DNA of 64,000 bases from Clostridia bacterium (GCA_017450465.1 JAFSUW010000007.1:6247-70246); one strand, 5' to 3'. Positions 11,543 to 21,595 are shown, numbered from the stretch's first letter. Notes: generated by a model from the letters alone, not told the origin. Program-made: numbers and translations.

Positions 11543-12535
11543 ATGAATGATGAAGAAAGAATTGTTTGTCCGGGTATAAAGGAAGAGGATAAAGAAGAAA
11601 CATCTCTTCGCCCTAAATGGCTTAAAGATTATATGGGGCAAACTAAGGTAAAAGAAAATTTATTAATATGTATAGAAGCAGCTAAAAAGCGTGAAGAAGC
11701 ACTTGACCATATACTTTTATATGGTCCTCCAGGTCTTGGCAAAACTACTTTGGCCAATATCATTGCTAATGAAATAGGTGTAAATATAAGAATAACATCT
11801 GGTCCTGCAATAGAACGACCTGGAGATTTAGCAGCGATACTTACTAATTTATCAGAACACGATGTATTATTTATAGATGAAATTCATAGATTAAGTAGAA
11901 GTGTAGAAGAAGTGTTGTATCCTGCACTTGAAGACTATGCACTAGATATAATAATAGGGAAAGGTCCTTCGGCACGTTCGATCCGTCTTGATTTACCTAA
12001 ATTTACTTTAATAGGAGCAACAACAAAAGCAGGAATGTTAACGTCACCACTTCGTGATAGATTTGGTGTAATAGAACGACTTGAACTTTATTCACCTGAG
12101 GAACTTTCACAGATAGTAAGGCGTTCTGCAAATATTTTAAAAACAGAAATAGACGAAGACTCATTACTAGAAATTGCATCAAGATCACGAGGCACTCCAA
12201 GAATAGCAAATAGATTATTAAAAAGAGTTCGTGATTATGCAGAGGTTAAAGGTAACGGAAGTATAACTTTAAGTGTTGCCGAAGAGGCATTAAAGAAGCT
12301 AGAAGTAGATGAGTTGGGACTTGATAATATTGATAGAGTATTATTAAAAACAATGATTAAAAACTTTGGCGGTGGTCCAGTAGGACTTGAAACTTTAGCG
12401 GCTTCCATAGGAGAAGATCCAGACACGATAGAAGATGTATATGAACCATATTTATTGCAACTTGGATTTATAACAAGAACGCCACGAGGCAGGTGTGCAA
12501 CAGAACTTGCAAAGAATCATTTAGAAATAAAATAA
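11543..12535 (+). CDS. ruvB: Holliday junction branch-migration helicase RuvB
   Basis: [17 protein letters not shown] Walker A and DEIHRL sensor motifs; 330 aa. No ruvA lies upstream. Confidence 0.9.
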   Translation: MNDEERIVCPGIKEEDKEETSLRPKWLKDYMGQTKVKENLLICIEAAKKREEALDHILLYGPPGLGKTTLANIIANEIGVNIRITSGPAIERPGDLAAILTNLSEHDVLFIDEIHRLSRSVEEVLYPALEDYALDIIIGKGPSARSIRLDLPKFTLIGATTKAGMLTSPLRDRFGVIERLELYSPEELSQIVRRSANILKTEIDEDSLLEIASRSRGTPRIANRLLKRVRDYAEVKGNGSITLSVAEEALKKLEVDELGLDNIDRVLLKTMIKNFGGGPVGLETLAASIGEDPDTIEDVYEPYLLQLGFITRTPRGRCATELAKNHLEIK

Positions 12536-12557
12536 CGGGTTTGCCCGTTATTTTTTT
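12534..12557 (+). terminator. Rho-independent terminator after ruvB
   Basis: AACGGGTTTGCCCGTT hairpin followed by ATTTTTTTG. Confidence 0.7.
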
Positions 12558-12619
12558 GTAAATAAATTGTCAAAATTTGACGATATAGATATTGAAAAAA
12601 CACAAAGGAGGAAACGAAT

Positions 12620-13393
12620 ATGCAAAAAGCAATCGGTGCAATTGTAGTAGCTGTAGTTATATTTCTTGTAATAACACTTCTAGGTGGTGCATTTGTAACA
12701 ATACCAGCAGGTTTTGTTGGTGTAAAGACACAGTTTGGTGCGGTAGTTGGTAGCGAATTACAACCAGGTTTGCATTTTAAAGTACCAGTTATTCAAGGAA
12801 TAAATAAAATTGATTGTAGGATTCAAAAAATTGAAGTAGCCACAAGTGCTGCAAGTAAAGATCTTCAGACAGTTACAAGTAAAGTAGCGGTAAACTTTGC
12901 AGTAAGGTCAGATAAAGCAACAGAACTTTATCAAGAAGTAGGAAAGAATTATGAAACAGTTATTATTGAGCCGGCAGTATTTGAATCAGTAAAAATGGCG
13001 ACATCACAATATACAGCTGAAGAATTACTTTCTAAAAGAAGTGAAGTATCTTCAAAAATGCTTGAGCTACTTATAGAAAAAGTTGCAGAAAGAGGAATAA
13101 ATGTAAACGACGTAAACGTAGTAGATTTTGATTTTAGTGCAGAATTTAATTATGCTATAGAGCAAAAACAAGTAGCACAACAAAACGCATTAAAGGCAAG
13201 TCAAGATTTAGAAAGAGTAAAAATAGAAGCAGAACAAAAAGTTGTTCAAGCAAAAGCAGAAGCAGATGCATTAAAACTTAGAAAAGAAGAAATAACAAAA
13301 GAATTACTTGTGTTAGAAGCAATACAAAAATGGGATGGCAAACTTCCTACATATATGGGTTCTGATGAAGTTCCTTTTCTTAGTGTAAGGTAA
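12620..13393 (+). CDS. SPFH/band-7 (prohibitin/HflK-C-like) membrane protein
   Basis: N-terminal TM segment, then an SPFH-like region (VKTQFGAVVGSELQPGLHFKVPVIQ ... ATSQYTAEELLSKRSEVS) and a C-terminal coiled coil. Confidence 0.75.
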   Translation: MQKAIGAIVVAVVIFLVITLLGGAFVTIPAGFVGVKTQFGAVVGSELQPGLHFKVPVIQGINKIDCRIQKIEVATSAASKDLQTVTSKVAVNFAVRSDKATELYQEVGKNYETVIIEPAVFESVKMATSQYTAEELLSKRSEVSSKMLELLIEKVAERGINVNDVNVVDFDFSAEFNYAIEQKQVAQQNALKASQDLERVKIEAEQKVVQAKAEADALKLRKEEITKELLVLEAIQKWDGKLPTYMGSDEVPFLSVR

Positions 13394-13411
13394 ATAATTG
13401 TTTATGTGAGT

Positions 13412-13530
13412 TGATATTTGGTGGACCGATGTGGGCATCAGCCCCTACGTTGGTTTTGTGTAATCCATTATTTGTGCCATTTATACACATATTTTGTAGT
13501 GGCCGATGTCCACATCGGCCACATTTTGAC
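13412..13530 (-). repeat. GC-rich hairpin element (family 2-like, minus orientation)
   Basis: The reverse complement reads GTAGGGGCTGATGCCCACATCGGTCC ... GTGGCCGATGTGGACATCGGCCAC + TACAAAATAT. It shares the GTAGGGG 5' motif and the CCACTACAA(A/G)(A/T)T 3' tail with the other copies. The ORF 13411-13629 across it is spurious. Confidence 0.6.
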
Positions 13531-13574
13531 ACAACAAAATACTTTGCAAAACAACAATTTATTTGTATAAAAAT

Positions 13575-13605
13575 AATCCTGAATTTAATTCAGGATTATT
13601 TCATT
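13575..13605. terminator. Bidirectional hairpin terminator serving porB (-) and possibly the SPFH gene (+)
   Basis: AATCCTGAATTTAATTCAGGATT, followed by ATTTCATTTTTATT on + and by ATTTTTATAC on -. Confidence 0.55.
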
Positions 13606-13606
13606 T

Positions 13607-14548
13607 TTATTCAATGTTTGAAAGTTTAACAAGTTCTTCCCATCTTCTGTCAACATCTGCTTGAATTTCTTCAATTAAATGTTCATTTCCTGGTTTGAAC
13701 AAGTGCTTAAATCTGTTTTGAAGTTTTAAGAACTCTGAAACAGGAACTGTTTCCTTTGGTGTATATGTTATTGTGTATTTGCCATCTACAACTTCATATA
13801 AAGGCCAGAAACGTGTTTCAACTGCAAGTTTATTAACAAGCATTAAATCTGCTGAGTTATATTTCCAACCTGTAGGACATGGAGCTAAACAGTTTACAAA
13901 GCAAGGACCTTTTGTGTAAATTGCTTTTTCAGCTTTAGTTGTGATATCACTAAAGTTACCAAAACATGCTGTTTGTGCAACATATGGCAAGTGATGTTCA
14001 ACCATAACTCTTGTTAAGTCTTTTCTGAATTGTAATTTACCAGGTCTTACTGATCCTGCTGGTGTTGTTGTTGTATCTGCATATTTTGGTGTAGCAGATG
14101 AACGTTGAACACCTGTATTCATGTAAGCTTCATTATCGTAGCAGAAGTAAACCATGTCGTGTCCTCTTTCTAAGGCACCAGACATTGATTGGAAACCTAT
14201 ATCATAAGTTCCACCATCGCCACCGAAAGCTAAGAATTTAACATCTTTATCACTTGGTAAGTGACCTTTTTTCTTTAATGCTTCATATGCTGCTTCAACA
14301 CCAGAGCATGTAGCACCAGAGTTTTCAAATGCAGTATGAATAAATGAATCTTCCCAAGCTGTATATGGATAAATGTATGTGCAAACTTCTAAGCAACCTG
14401 TTGCTGAAGTAATTACAGCATGATCTTCTGGATGTAATCCACGAAGTACGGCTCTTATAACTGGAGGAGCACCACAGCCAGCACACATTCTATGACCAGG
14501 AGCAAGACGCTCTGGTTTTTTTGCATATTCTTTAAGATTATATGCCAT
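13607..14548 (-). CDS. porB: 2-oxoacid (pyruvate):ferredoxin oxidoreductase, beta subunit (TPP-binding)
   Basis: GCGAPPVIRAVLRGL and FGGDGGTYDIGFQ TPP/Fe-S motifs; 313 aa. Confidence 0.85.
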   Translation of the reverse strand: MAYNLKEYAKKPERLAPGHRMCAGCGAPPVIRAVLRGLHPEDHAVITSATGCLEVCTYIYPYTAWEDSFIHTAFENSGATCSGVEAAYEALKKKGHLPSDKDVKFLAFGGDGGTYDIGFQSMSGALERGHDMVYFCYDNEAYMNTGVQRSSATPKYADTTTTPAGSVRPGKLQFRKDLTRVMVEHHLPYVAQTACFGNFSDITTKAEKAIYTKGPCFVNCLAPCPTGWKYNSADLMLVNKLAVETRFWPLYEVVDGKYTITYTPKETVPVSEFLKLQNRFKHLFKPGNEHLIEEIQADVDRRWEELVKLSNIE

Positions 14549-14568
14549 TTGTTATCATTCCTTTCCTA

Positions 14569-15747
14569 TTAAATACCTAAATAGTTATAAACTTCACCAA
14601 CGTTACCAGTAGAAGCGATGTCAAGTAAACGATTGTAAACAGTTTCAATATCGTCTGTTCTTACATCAGTTCCACCTAAACCATAGATGTAGTTAATAAC
14701 TTTTGGACCAGTTACGCCACGAACTAACATTGCACTTGCTGTTTCTGTAAATAATGGACCACCAGCAGCATTTAAGCTATCTGCCTTATCCATAACTGCA
14801 ACAGCTTTACAGTTTTTAAGTGCATCGGCAATTTCTTCTACAGGGAAAGGTCTAAATACACGAGGTTTAACGAGTCCTGCTTTAATTCCTTTTGCACGTA
14901 GTGCATTTACAACGTATTTTGCTGTTCCTGCTGTTGAATTTAATACTACAACTGCAACTTCAGCATCATCCATCATATATTTTTCAAGTAGTTCATATTT
15001 TCTACCTGTCATTTGTTCAAATTCTTTTGAAACTTCGAGAATAACTTTTTTAGCATTTCTCATTGCTTCAGCTTGTTGACGTTTGTGTGCATAATGGAAG
15101 TGTTGTAAATCTAGAGGACCACAAGCTACAGGATGAGCTGGGTCAAGTAGACTCCATGGAGCTTTATATTCGCCAACAAAAGCTTTAACTTTATCGTCTT
15201 CGATAAGTTCAATATTTTCAATAGCATGGCTTGTTATAAAACCATCTTGGCAAACCATAACAGGAAGACGAACATCTTTGTGTTCTGCAATTCTTACTGC
15301 CATAATAGCATTATCATATGCTTCTTGGTTTGTTTCACTAAATAATTGAATCCAGCCAGCATCTCTAGCACCCATAGCATCAGAATGATCGTTATGGATG
15401 TTTAGTGGGCCAGAAACAGTTCTATTTACTAAGTTTAAGACAATTGGAAGTCTTGAACTTGCAGCAATATATAACATTTCCCACATAAGTGACATACCAT
15501 TTGATGAAGTAGCTGTCATAGCTCTTGCACCTGCTGCAGAAGCACCAATACAAGCACTCATAGCACTATGTTCACTTTCAACTGCAACGAATTCAGTATC
15601 AACTTGTCCGTTTGCAACGAAAGATGAAAAGTATTGAGGTATTTCTGTAGAAGGAGTAATAGGGAATGCAGCAACAACGTCAGGATTTATTTGTTTCATA
15701 GCAGTAGCGACAGCTTCGTTACCACTTAATCTTTCACGTATTGACAT
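14569..15747 (-). CDS. porA: 2-oxoacid (pyruvate):ferredoxin oxidoreductase, alpha subunit
   Basis: 392 aa, the typical PorA/VorA size and N-terminal region. It sits between the delta and beta subunits. Confidence 0.85.
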   Translation of the reverse strand: MSIRERLSGNEAVATAMKQINPDVVAAFPITPSTEIPQYFSSFVANGQVDTEFVAVESEHSAMSACIGASAAGARAMTATSSNGMSLMWEMLYIAASSRLPIVLNLVNRTVSGPLNIHNDHSDAMGARDAGWIQLFSETNQEAYDNAIMAVRIAEHKDVRLPVMVCQDGFITSHAIENIELIEDDKVKAFVGEYKAPWSLLDPAHPVACGPLDLQHFHYAHKRQQAEAMRNAKKVILEVSKEFEQMTGRKYELLEKYMMDDAEVAVVVLNSTAGTAKYVVNALRAKGIKAGLVKPRVFRPFPVEEIADALKNCKAVAVMDKADSLNAAGGPLFTETASAMLVRGVTGPKVINYIYGLGGTDVRTDDIETVYNRLLDIASTGNVGEVYNYLGI

Positions 15748-15761
15748 TATTTTTTCCTCCT

Positions 15762-16073
15762 TTATTTTTGGTTTTCAACAAAGTCGTATGCACCAAAAGG
15801 ACAAGTCTTTGTACATACACCACAACCTTTGCAGTGTTCATAATCTATACCCATCATTTTTCCTGTTTCTTTATCAACTATAACAGAAGCATCAGGACAA
15901 ACAGGATAGCAAAGTAAACATTGTTTACATTTTTCTTCATGCCATACAGGCATCATTGAACGCCAGTCACCTGTTTTGAATTGTTTTGAGTTTCCAGGTT
16001 GAGCTATTGTTCCACCTTCTGTGATATCTTTCCAAGCAACGTCTGGCTTTACGATTTCATATTTTTCGCTCAT
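15762..16073 (-). CDS. porD: 2-oxoacid:ferredoxin oxidoreductase, delta subunit (2x[4Fe-4S] ferredoxin)
   Basis: CKQCLLCYPVCP and CKGCGVCTKTCP cluster motifs; 103 aa. Confidence 0.8.
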   Translation of the reverse strand: MSEKYEIVKPDVAWKDITEGGTIAQPGNSKQFKTGDWRSMMPVWHEEKCKQCLLCYPVCPDASVIVDKETGKMMGIDYEHCKGCGVCTKTCPFGAYDFVENQK

Positions 16074-16648
16074 AGTCCTTTCACCTCCTGCATAGAACGT
16101 TTAAGTGCGTTCATATTACCTTCGATAACTTCTGGTTTTTTAGCAAATTTGTGCTTGAATGAACCTTCCATATCAGCTAAAAATGCGTTTTCGTCCATAA
16201 TGCCGCTAACTTTAATAACAGCAGCAAGCATAGGAGTGTTAGGGAAGTATTTGCCAAGACAATCGATAGAGATTGTTCTTGCATCAATAGTACAAACCTT
16301 ACCTTTGTAACCATTTAATTTTTCACGAATTTCATCAGGTGATTTAGTAGTGTTAATAATAATTGCACCTGTTTCTTTTAATCCTTTGGTTACTGGAACA
16401 GAATTAATTAAAGAGTCATCAACAACAACTACGAAATCTGGTTCGTAAATGTTACTGTGAACTGTAATCCTTTCAGAGCTTATTCTGTTGTAAGCAGTGA
16501 TAGGAGCACCCATTCTTTCAGGGCCATATTCAGGAAATCCCTGAACATAAAGGCCGGTGTTAAATGCTGCATCAGCAAGAAGTAAAGCTGCTGTTTTAGC
16601 ACCTTGGCCACCACGACCGTGCCATCTTATTTCAGTCAAATTTGCCAT
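16070..16648 (-). CDS. porG: 2-oxoacid:ferredoxin oxidoreductase, gamma subunit
   Basis: 192 aa with a PorG-like N-terminus (RGGQGAKTAALLLADAA). Its end overlaps the porD start by 4 nt, giving a gamma-delta-alpha-beta operon. Confidence 0.85.
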   Translation of the reverse strand: MANLTEIRWHGRGGQGAKTAALLLADAAFNTGLYVQGFPEYGPERMGAPITAYNRISSERITVHSNIYEPDFVVVVDDSLINSVPVTKGLKETGAIIINTTKSPDEIREKLNGYKGKVCTIDARTISIDCLGKYFPNTPMLAAVIKVSGIMDENAFLADMEGSFKHKFAKKPEVIEGNMNALKRSMQEVKGL

Positions 16649-16804
16649 ATTCGGATTCCTCCTTTTAAATTAAGTGAGCATACTCACCTCTTTGCAGTAT
16701 ATTATTTTAAAAATAAAAAGTCAAGGCAAAAAATGGTAGATTAGCCATTTAGGCCAATATTTAAATTTATTTTTAAAATATTGAAAAATTTACAAAAAAT
16801 GTAT

Positions 16805-16833
16805 TGACATTTTATTACATATGTTGTAATTTA
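16805..16833 (+). promoter_or_regulatory. Candidate sigma-A promoter (TTGACA-17-TAATTT with TG) for the Tad-like locus, embedded in a TTACA/TGTAA inverted-repeat cluster
   Basis: TTGACATTTTATTACATATGTTGTAATTT; the adjacent ATTACAtatgtTGTAAT palindrome is a possible operator. Confidence 0.3.
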
Positions 16834-16877
16834 TTTACAGGTAATATATTACAACATTTACAGAAGAAGGAGATAAA

Positions 16878-17759
16878 ATGCAAAAGAAAATTTTATTAGA
16901 TGAAGGAAGTACAGAGTTAGTAAATAGAGGTAATAAGCAGCAAATAATAGCAGTAGCAGGCACAGAAGGAGCTGGGAAAACTACAATTTTAACTAATTTA
17001 GTAGCACTGCTTGCAGAAAAATCTGTTGCTAAAATTTTAATACTAGATTTTGATACGTTAAATGGAAATGTAGGACAGTTTTTTAATGTATCAGCAGATA
17101 ATGTATTTGATTATACATTACCTGATAATAAAAATTCGTCAATAAATTATCTGGTAGATTTTATAGACAAAAATACATTTGATACAGGTATTTTATCAAA
17201 AGCCGCAATTAAGTATAAAAGATATGAAAATTTATCGATTGTTACTGGAAATAATTCAATACATGTTTGTAAAAGTGTATTAAATTCAGGTTATTATGAG
17301 AAAATAATTGATAAGGCAAAAGAACTATATGATTTTATTTTTATAGATACATCATCAAATATATTTTTAGATTCAACACAATTTGCTTTAAGTGTGTCAG
17401 ATAAAATATTATTTGTGACTGAACCTACTAAAATATGTGTTGATAGAACGCAGAAAATTTTTGAAGAAGTTTATACAGCGTGGAATATTGGAAAAGAAAA
17501 AATAGAACTTGTGTTAAATAAAGTGACTAAGGGTTCTATTGAAAAAGCTGTTATGAGAGAATTTTTTAGTGAATATAAAATTATATCTTTTATAAATTAT
17601 GATGAAAAATATGTAAGGCAGCTAAATATGGGGCGGCCGTATGTAATTGATAATGAACCGCTAGATTATGAAAACATGCTTGAAGAATTTGATTTTATAA
17701 AAAAGAAAAATTTTAAAGAGCGTTTGATGTCTGGTAGAGTATTCGATTTTTCAATATAA
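16878..17759 (+). CDS. ParA/MinD-family ATPase of the Tad locus (CpaE/TadZ-like, lacking a receiver domain)
   Basis: AVAGTEGAGKTTILTNL P-loop and a ParA-like fold. It is the first gene of the Tad-like cluster. Confidence 0.6.
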   Translation: MQKKILLDEGSTELVNRGNKQQIIAVAGTEGAGKTTILTNLVALLAEKSVAKILILDFDTLNGNVGQFFNVSADNVFDYTLPDNKNSSINYLVDFIDKNTFDTGILSKAAIKYKRYENLSIVTGNNSIHVCKSVLNSGYYEKIIDKAKELYDFIFIDTSSNIFLDSTQFALSVSDKILFVTEPTKICVDRTQKIFEEVYTAWNIGKEKIELVLNKVTKGSIEKAVMREFFSEYKIISFINYDEKYVRQLNMGRPYVIDNEPLDYENMLEEFDFIKKKNFKERLMSGRVFDFSI

Positions 17760-17770
17760 GGAGGAAAAGT

Positions 17771-19048
17771 ATGTTAGTTGATCCGTTAAAGTCAGTAAAT
17801 AGAGCCGTCAATGTAACACGACTAAACAATAGAACAGATAAAATAGTAAACGAAGTCGTAAGTTTTTTAATAGAAAATTATTCACAAGTAATAGGTAGTA
17901 ATGAATATGGCACTAAAAATAAGGTGTCAATTGAAAATATTATAAGAGAAAAGATTAATAAAGATTATAATTATTCAAATATTGATACAGAAGAGTTAAT
18001 AAAAATAATTATTGATAAAATTTTTGGCTATAACATTCTTCAAAAATATATAGATGACTTGAAAGTAAGCGATATTCGTGCTGTTAAGTGGAATAGTATC
18101 TATATAATGAAAGAGGGCAAATGGCTAAAAGTAAGTGACTCATTTGCAAATGAAACTGAATTTTATAATTTTGTGCGCTATTGTGTGATAAAAAACAATG
18201 GCAAAATTACATACGAACAGCCAATTGTTGTTGTATCAGATAAAGAAAATCATTTAAGAATAGAGGCGGGTATATCGCCTGTAAATATTGTTTCGCCAAG
18301 TTTGGTAGTGAGAATTCATAGGCCGGATAATAATGTAAGCTTAGAAAATCTTTACTATGATAAAAATATGATGAATAACGAGATGTATGAGTTCTTAAAA
18401 CAAGTGGTGTTGGCCGGTTGTAATGTGATAATAGCTGGTAAAGGTGGCTCTGGAAAAACAACGCTGCTTAGAGCAATATTAAACGATATTCCGGACACAG
18501 TTTCAATAACTTCAAATGAAGAGACCGCTGAACTTTATTCAAATCACGGGAATATGATACAACGCGAAATTGTAAAAAATCGCGCAACAAATAATATACT
18601 ACTTGAAGATTTAACAAGGCATTCATTAGTTATGAGTAATGACGCAATAGTAATAGGAGAGCTAAAGGGTAGTGAAGCAATGGCCTTTTTTGATGGTATA
18701 AGTACTGGTCATATAGGATATGCAACTGTCCATTCAGAAAGTGCAAATCTTGTTATAGATAGATTAGTTACGCTGATGAAACGCGATATTTTGGCGCAAC
18801 AATATACAGATAAGTACTTAAAAGATATTTTGGCACAGTCTATAGACGTTATAATTTATATGCGTAATTTTAAAATATATGAAATGTGTGCAGTTGAGTT
18901 TTCTTATGAAAAAGAAATTACTTATAAAAGATTGTTTGAATTTGTACCAGATTATATAGATGAAAATGGTGTACAAGGTAAGTTTTTTAAGAGGGAAGAG
19001 CCAACCGCAAAAATATTGAAAAAGATTAATTTAGTATCCAAATCATAA
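17771..19048 (+). CDS. cpaF: Tad/Flp pilus assembly ATPase CpaF/TadA (secretion ATPase superfamily)
   Basis: GKGGSGKTTLLRAIL Walker A; VIGELKGSEAMAFFDGISTGHIGYATVHSESANLVIDRL His-box region; 425 aa. Confidence 0.8.
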   Translation: MLVDPLKSVNRAVNVTRLNNRTDKIVNEVVSFLIENYSQVIGSNEYGTKNKVSIENIIREKINKDYNYSNIDTEELIKIIIDKIFGYNILQKYIDDLKVSDIRAVKWNSIYIMKEGKWLKVSDSFANETEFYNFVRYCVIKNNGKITYEQPIVVVSDKENHLRIEAGISPVNIVSPSLVVRIHRPDNNVSLENLYYDKNMMNNEMYEFLKQVVLAGCNVIIAGKGGSGKTTLLRAILNDIPDTVSITSNEETAELYSNHGNMIQREIVKNRATNNILLEDLTRHSLVMSNDAIVIGELKGSEAMAFFDGISTGHIGYATVHSESANLVIDRLVTLMKRDILAQQYTDKYLKDILAQSIDVIIYMRNFKIYEMCAVEFSYEKEITYKRLFEFVPDYIDENGVQGKFFKREEPTAKILKKINLVSKS

Positions 19049-19490
19049 AAGTAAGATATGTTGCAAATGTAACCCAAAGTAAATAAGGAATTTGTAAGTA
19101 TGCAGCGATTTTATTGGTTTTATAAAATTCGAAAATCATGTAAATAATTAGTAGCCATAAAAATAAAATCCAGATAAATGCAAATAAATAGTTTCTTAAA
19201 TTGAAGAAAATAAGACTCCAAAAGAAATTAACTAAAAGTTGTATAGCATATATAGTAAGCGATTTTTTAGAATCTTTACTATGTGATTTATAAATTATTG
19301 CACTACTGATACCCATGAGGATAAATAAAATTCCCCAAACAATAGGAAATATTGAAGCAGGAGGAGCAAGGGGAGGCCGATTTATAGTGCTATAAACTTC
19401 CATATTGTCTTTTGTGAGAATTGCAGATAATCCGCCGACTAAAAGTGCAATTATAATAGAAATTACGTATGGTTTAACTTTTTTCCACAT
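19026..19490 (-). CDS. tspO: TspO/MBR (tryptophan-rich sensory protein) family membrane protein
   Basis: Start MWKKVKPYV; PPLAPPASIFPIVWGILFILMG and Trp-rich helices (FWSLIFFNLRN ... YLLWVTFATYLTFMIWILN). The longer ORF to 19631 overlaps tRNA-Cys and is rejected. Its 3' end overlaps cpaF convergently by 23 nt. Confidence 0.7.
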   Translation of the reverse strand: MWKKVKPYVISIIIALLVGGLSAILTKDNMEVYSTINRPPLAPPASIFPIVWGILFILMGISSAIIYKSHSKDSKKSLTIYAIQLLVNFFWSLIFFNLRNYLFAFIWILFLWLLIIYMIFEFYKTNKIAAYLQIPYLLWVTFATYLTFMIWILN

Positions 19491-19561
19491 TTTTATCACC
19501 CAAGATAGTGTATGTAAGTGGTGATAAAAAAATGCAAAAAAAGAAAAAGTTATGAAAATAA

Positions 19562-19636
19562 CTTTTTCTTTGGAGGCGCCACCCGGATTTGAACCGGGGG
19601 ATAAGAGTTTTGCAGACTCGTGCCTTACCACTTGGC
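19562..19636 (-). tRNA. tRNA-Cys (anticodon GCA)
   Basis: Reverse complement GGCGCCATGGCCAAGTGGTAAGGCACGAGTCTGCAAAACTCTTATCCCCCGGTTCAAATCCGGGTGGCGCCTCCA. It has a cloverleaf with a CTGCAAA anticodon loop, is near-identical to Bacillus tRNA-Cys, and carries an encoded CCA. Confidence 0.9.
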
Positions 19637-19758
19637 CATGGCGCCATAAGATAAAATAAAATCTGTTACTTTAATAATATAGCACGGAATAAGAAAATAA
19701 TCAATAGGGAGTTAAAAATTAGTTATATAAATTAGAATTTTGTAGGGGAGGTATTTTC

Positions 19759-20646
19759 TTGTACATATTAATTTTTATGCTAAAAATAGCAATAATAGTA
19801 CTGTTTACATATATATTTGTTCAAAATATAAAAAAGAAAGACATAAAGCAGTATGTAGATAATGAATTTTTTGAAGAAGTACTAAATAAAAAGTATTTCG
19901 ATAAATTAAAACTAAACTTTATAAAGCTAGATTTGCCTTTTAACGTATATACAGTGGGCTTTTGCTTAAGTATAGGCATTTTGATAAGCATAACAGTGTA
20001 TGCTATCTCATTAGTTGTGTTTAAAATAAAAACTGTTGCACTAATTATAGCTTTGCCAGAAGTTTTTACAATGTTTTTTATAATTTTTATGCTTGCTACA
20101 AGAAAGCAGGAAAAACTTGAAACAGTTATGAATGATTTTTTTATTCAATTAAAAGGGGCATTAAAAGTAAATTCAGATATAACAGAAGGGTTAAAAAGGA
20201 TACAAGATAGTTGTATTTCACCGTTTAAGGAGTATATAAAGGTTTATTTAAACGAAGTAAGTTCAGGAGAACTTCCAGAAATCGCTTTATATAATTTAGC
20301 AAAAAAAGTGGACGTAGAAAGATTTACACTGTTTGTAAATAACCTAAGGTATTGTTCAGTTTATGGAGGAGATGTCGAAAATTTGACTCACGAAACGCAA
20401 AAAATGATATCTGATATATTAGTTCAAAAAAAGAAGCGAATAAAAGAAACTAAATCAATCTGCTTTGTTTTATATTGCTTAATATTTATAGATATTATCA
20501 TATATTTTAATTTTGCGACCAGTAATATAGAGTACCTAAACTTAATGCGAGATACTGCTACAGGGAACTTAATAGTTAATATGAATTTTATTTGTATATG
20601 GTTTGTACTATGGCTTTCAAGTGTTGTTAAGAAATTAGATTTTTAA
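19759..20646 (+). CDS. TadB-like pilus assembly membrane protein (T2SS-F domain)
   Basis: TTG start 7 nt after GGGGAGG. N-terminal TM segment, then a GspF-like cytoplasmic domain (QLKGALKVNSDITEGLKRIQDS ... GELPEIALYNLAKKV ... FVNNLRYCSVYGGDVENLTHETQKMISD) and C-terminal TM segments. Confidence 0.6.
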   Translation: MYILIFMLKIAIIVLFTYIFVQNIKKKDIKQYVDNEFFEEVLNKKYFDKLKLNFIKLDLPFNVYTVGFCLSIGILISITVYAISLVVFKIKTVALIIALPEVFTMFFIIFMLATRKQEKLETVMNDFFIQLKGALKVNSDITEGLKRIQDSCISPFKEYIKVYLNEVSSGELPEIALYNLAKKVDVERFTLFVNNLRYCSVYGGDVENLTHETQKMISDILVQKKKRIKETKSICFVLYCLIFIDIIIYFNFATSNIEYLNLMRDTATGNLIVNMNFICIWFVLWLSSVVKKLDF

Positions 20647-20658
20647 GGAGAGATCAAA

Positions 20659-21447
20659 TTGAAATTACTAAGGATAATATTTTTTGTATCACTTTTTGTA
20701 TTTGCTTATTTTATTGGTTACAAAATATACGCGAAAAATCAAGCAATAAAGCTTAAAGGGCGAAGGGTAAAAAAGAAAAATGTAAGCAACGTGTTACTAC
20801 AATTTAAGAAGTATATTCCAGATGTTGAAAATTTATATACATATATAGTCACAAAAATTATGTTATTTATTACTTTTTTGTATTTAGGAACTACCAATTA
20901 TGAGTCAATTTTTATGGGACTTGTTTTTAGTATACTTGGCTTTATGCTACCTGATTTTATGATAAAAATAATGAAAAATGCTGAAAAAAAGCAAGTACTA
21001 ATTGATTTATTAAATGTGGTTGAAAGTATAAAAATTCAGATGTCATCAAACATTCCACTTATTGTTGCACTAAAAAACATACCTTCTGTTTGTAAGAATA
21101 AAAAGCTAAAAAATGCTTTAGTAGATATGCAGCTAGAGTATGAATTAAGTGGGTATAGTTTGATATCTAGTTGTAAGAGCATGAGGAAAAAATTTAAATT
21201 TGTTGAGATAAATATGTTTTTATCTGCTATAGAACAACAGGTAAAGTACGGCAGGGCAGCTGAAACATATGAAAATTTAATTACTATATTAAAAGAAAAA
21301 TATATCGAGTACATAGAAAATAATACTCAAACCAAAATGTTATTTATGACACTTGGGATTGTCATAGTTTTGATAAATCTTGCAGTTATGGGGTGCTATC
21401 CAATAATTGTAGAGGTAAATCAAAATTTATCGACAATGTTAGGATAA
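20659..21447 (+). CDS. TadC-like pilus assembly membrane protein (T2SS-F domain)
   Basis: TTG start after AAGGAGAG. GspF-like region LLNVVESIKIQMSSNIPLIVALKNIPS ... FLSAIEQQVKYGRAAETYENL flanked by TM segments. Confidence 0.6.
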   Translation: MKLLRIIFFVSLFVFAYFIGYKIYAKNQAIKLKGRRVKKKNVSNVLLQFKKYIPDVENLYTYIVTKIMLFITFLYLGTTNYESIFMGLVFSILGFMLPDFMIKIMKNAEKKQVLIDLLNVVESIKIQMSSNIPLIVALKNIPSVCKNKKLKNALVDMQLEYELSGYSLISSCKSMRKKFKFVEINMFLSAIEQQVKYGRAAETYENLITILKEKYIEYIENNTQTKMLFMTLGIVIVLINLAVMGCYPIIVEVNQNLSTMLG

Positions 21448-21471
21448 GTATTTATTTGTGAAAAAACTTCC

Positions 21472-21595
21472 AGCGAAAGAAGGGACGGGGGTGTTTGACA
21501 CAAACAGGGTAAAACACCCCCGTCACATTGAGCTTATTATCCGCACTTTTTGCGGATAATAAGAGTGGAACACATGGTGTTCCACTACAAATTTA
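21472..21595 (+). repeat. Structured GC-rich three-hairpin element (family 1, copy 2) between the TadC-like gene and the pilin candidate
   Basis: GAAAGAAGGGACGGGGGTGTTT-GACACAAACAGGGT-AAAACACCCCCGTC, CATTGA, hairpin CTTATTATCCGCA/TGCGGATAATAAG, and hairpin AGTGGAACACATGGTGTTCCACT + ACAAATTT. Confidence 0.7.

Noticed and set aside
13411-13629. 72-aa ORF spanning the GC-rich repeat at 13412-13530.
   Set aside because: The ORF is created by the GC-rich hairpin element, has no RBS, and its translation (…CSGRCPHRPHF…) reads through palindromes.
19491-19631. N-terminal 47 codons of the listed 201-aa ORF 19026-19631.
   Set aside because: The extension runs through tRNA-Cys. The TspO homology begins at the internal Met (19490), which also has the correct TM topology.
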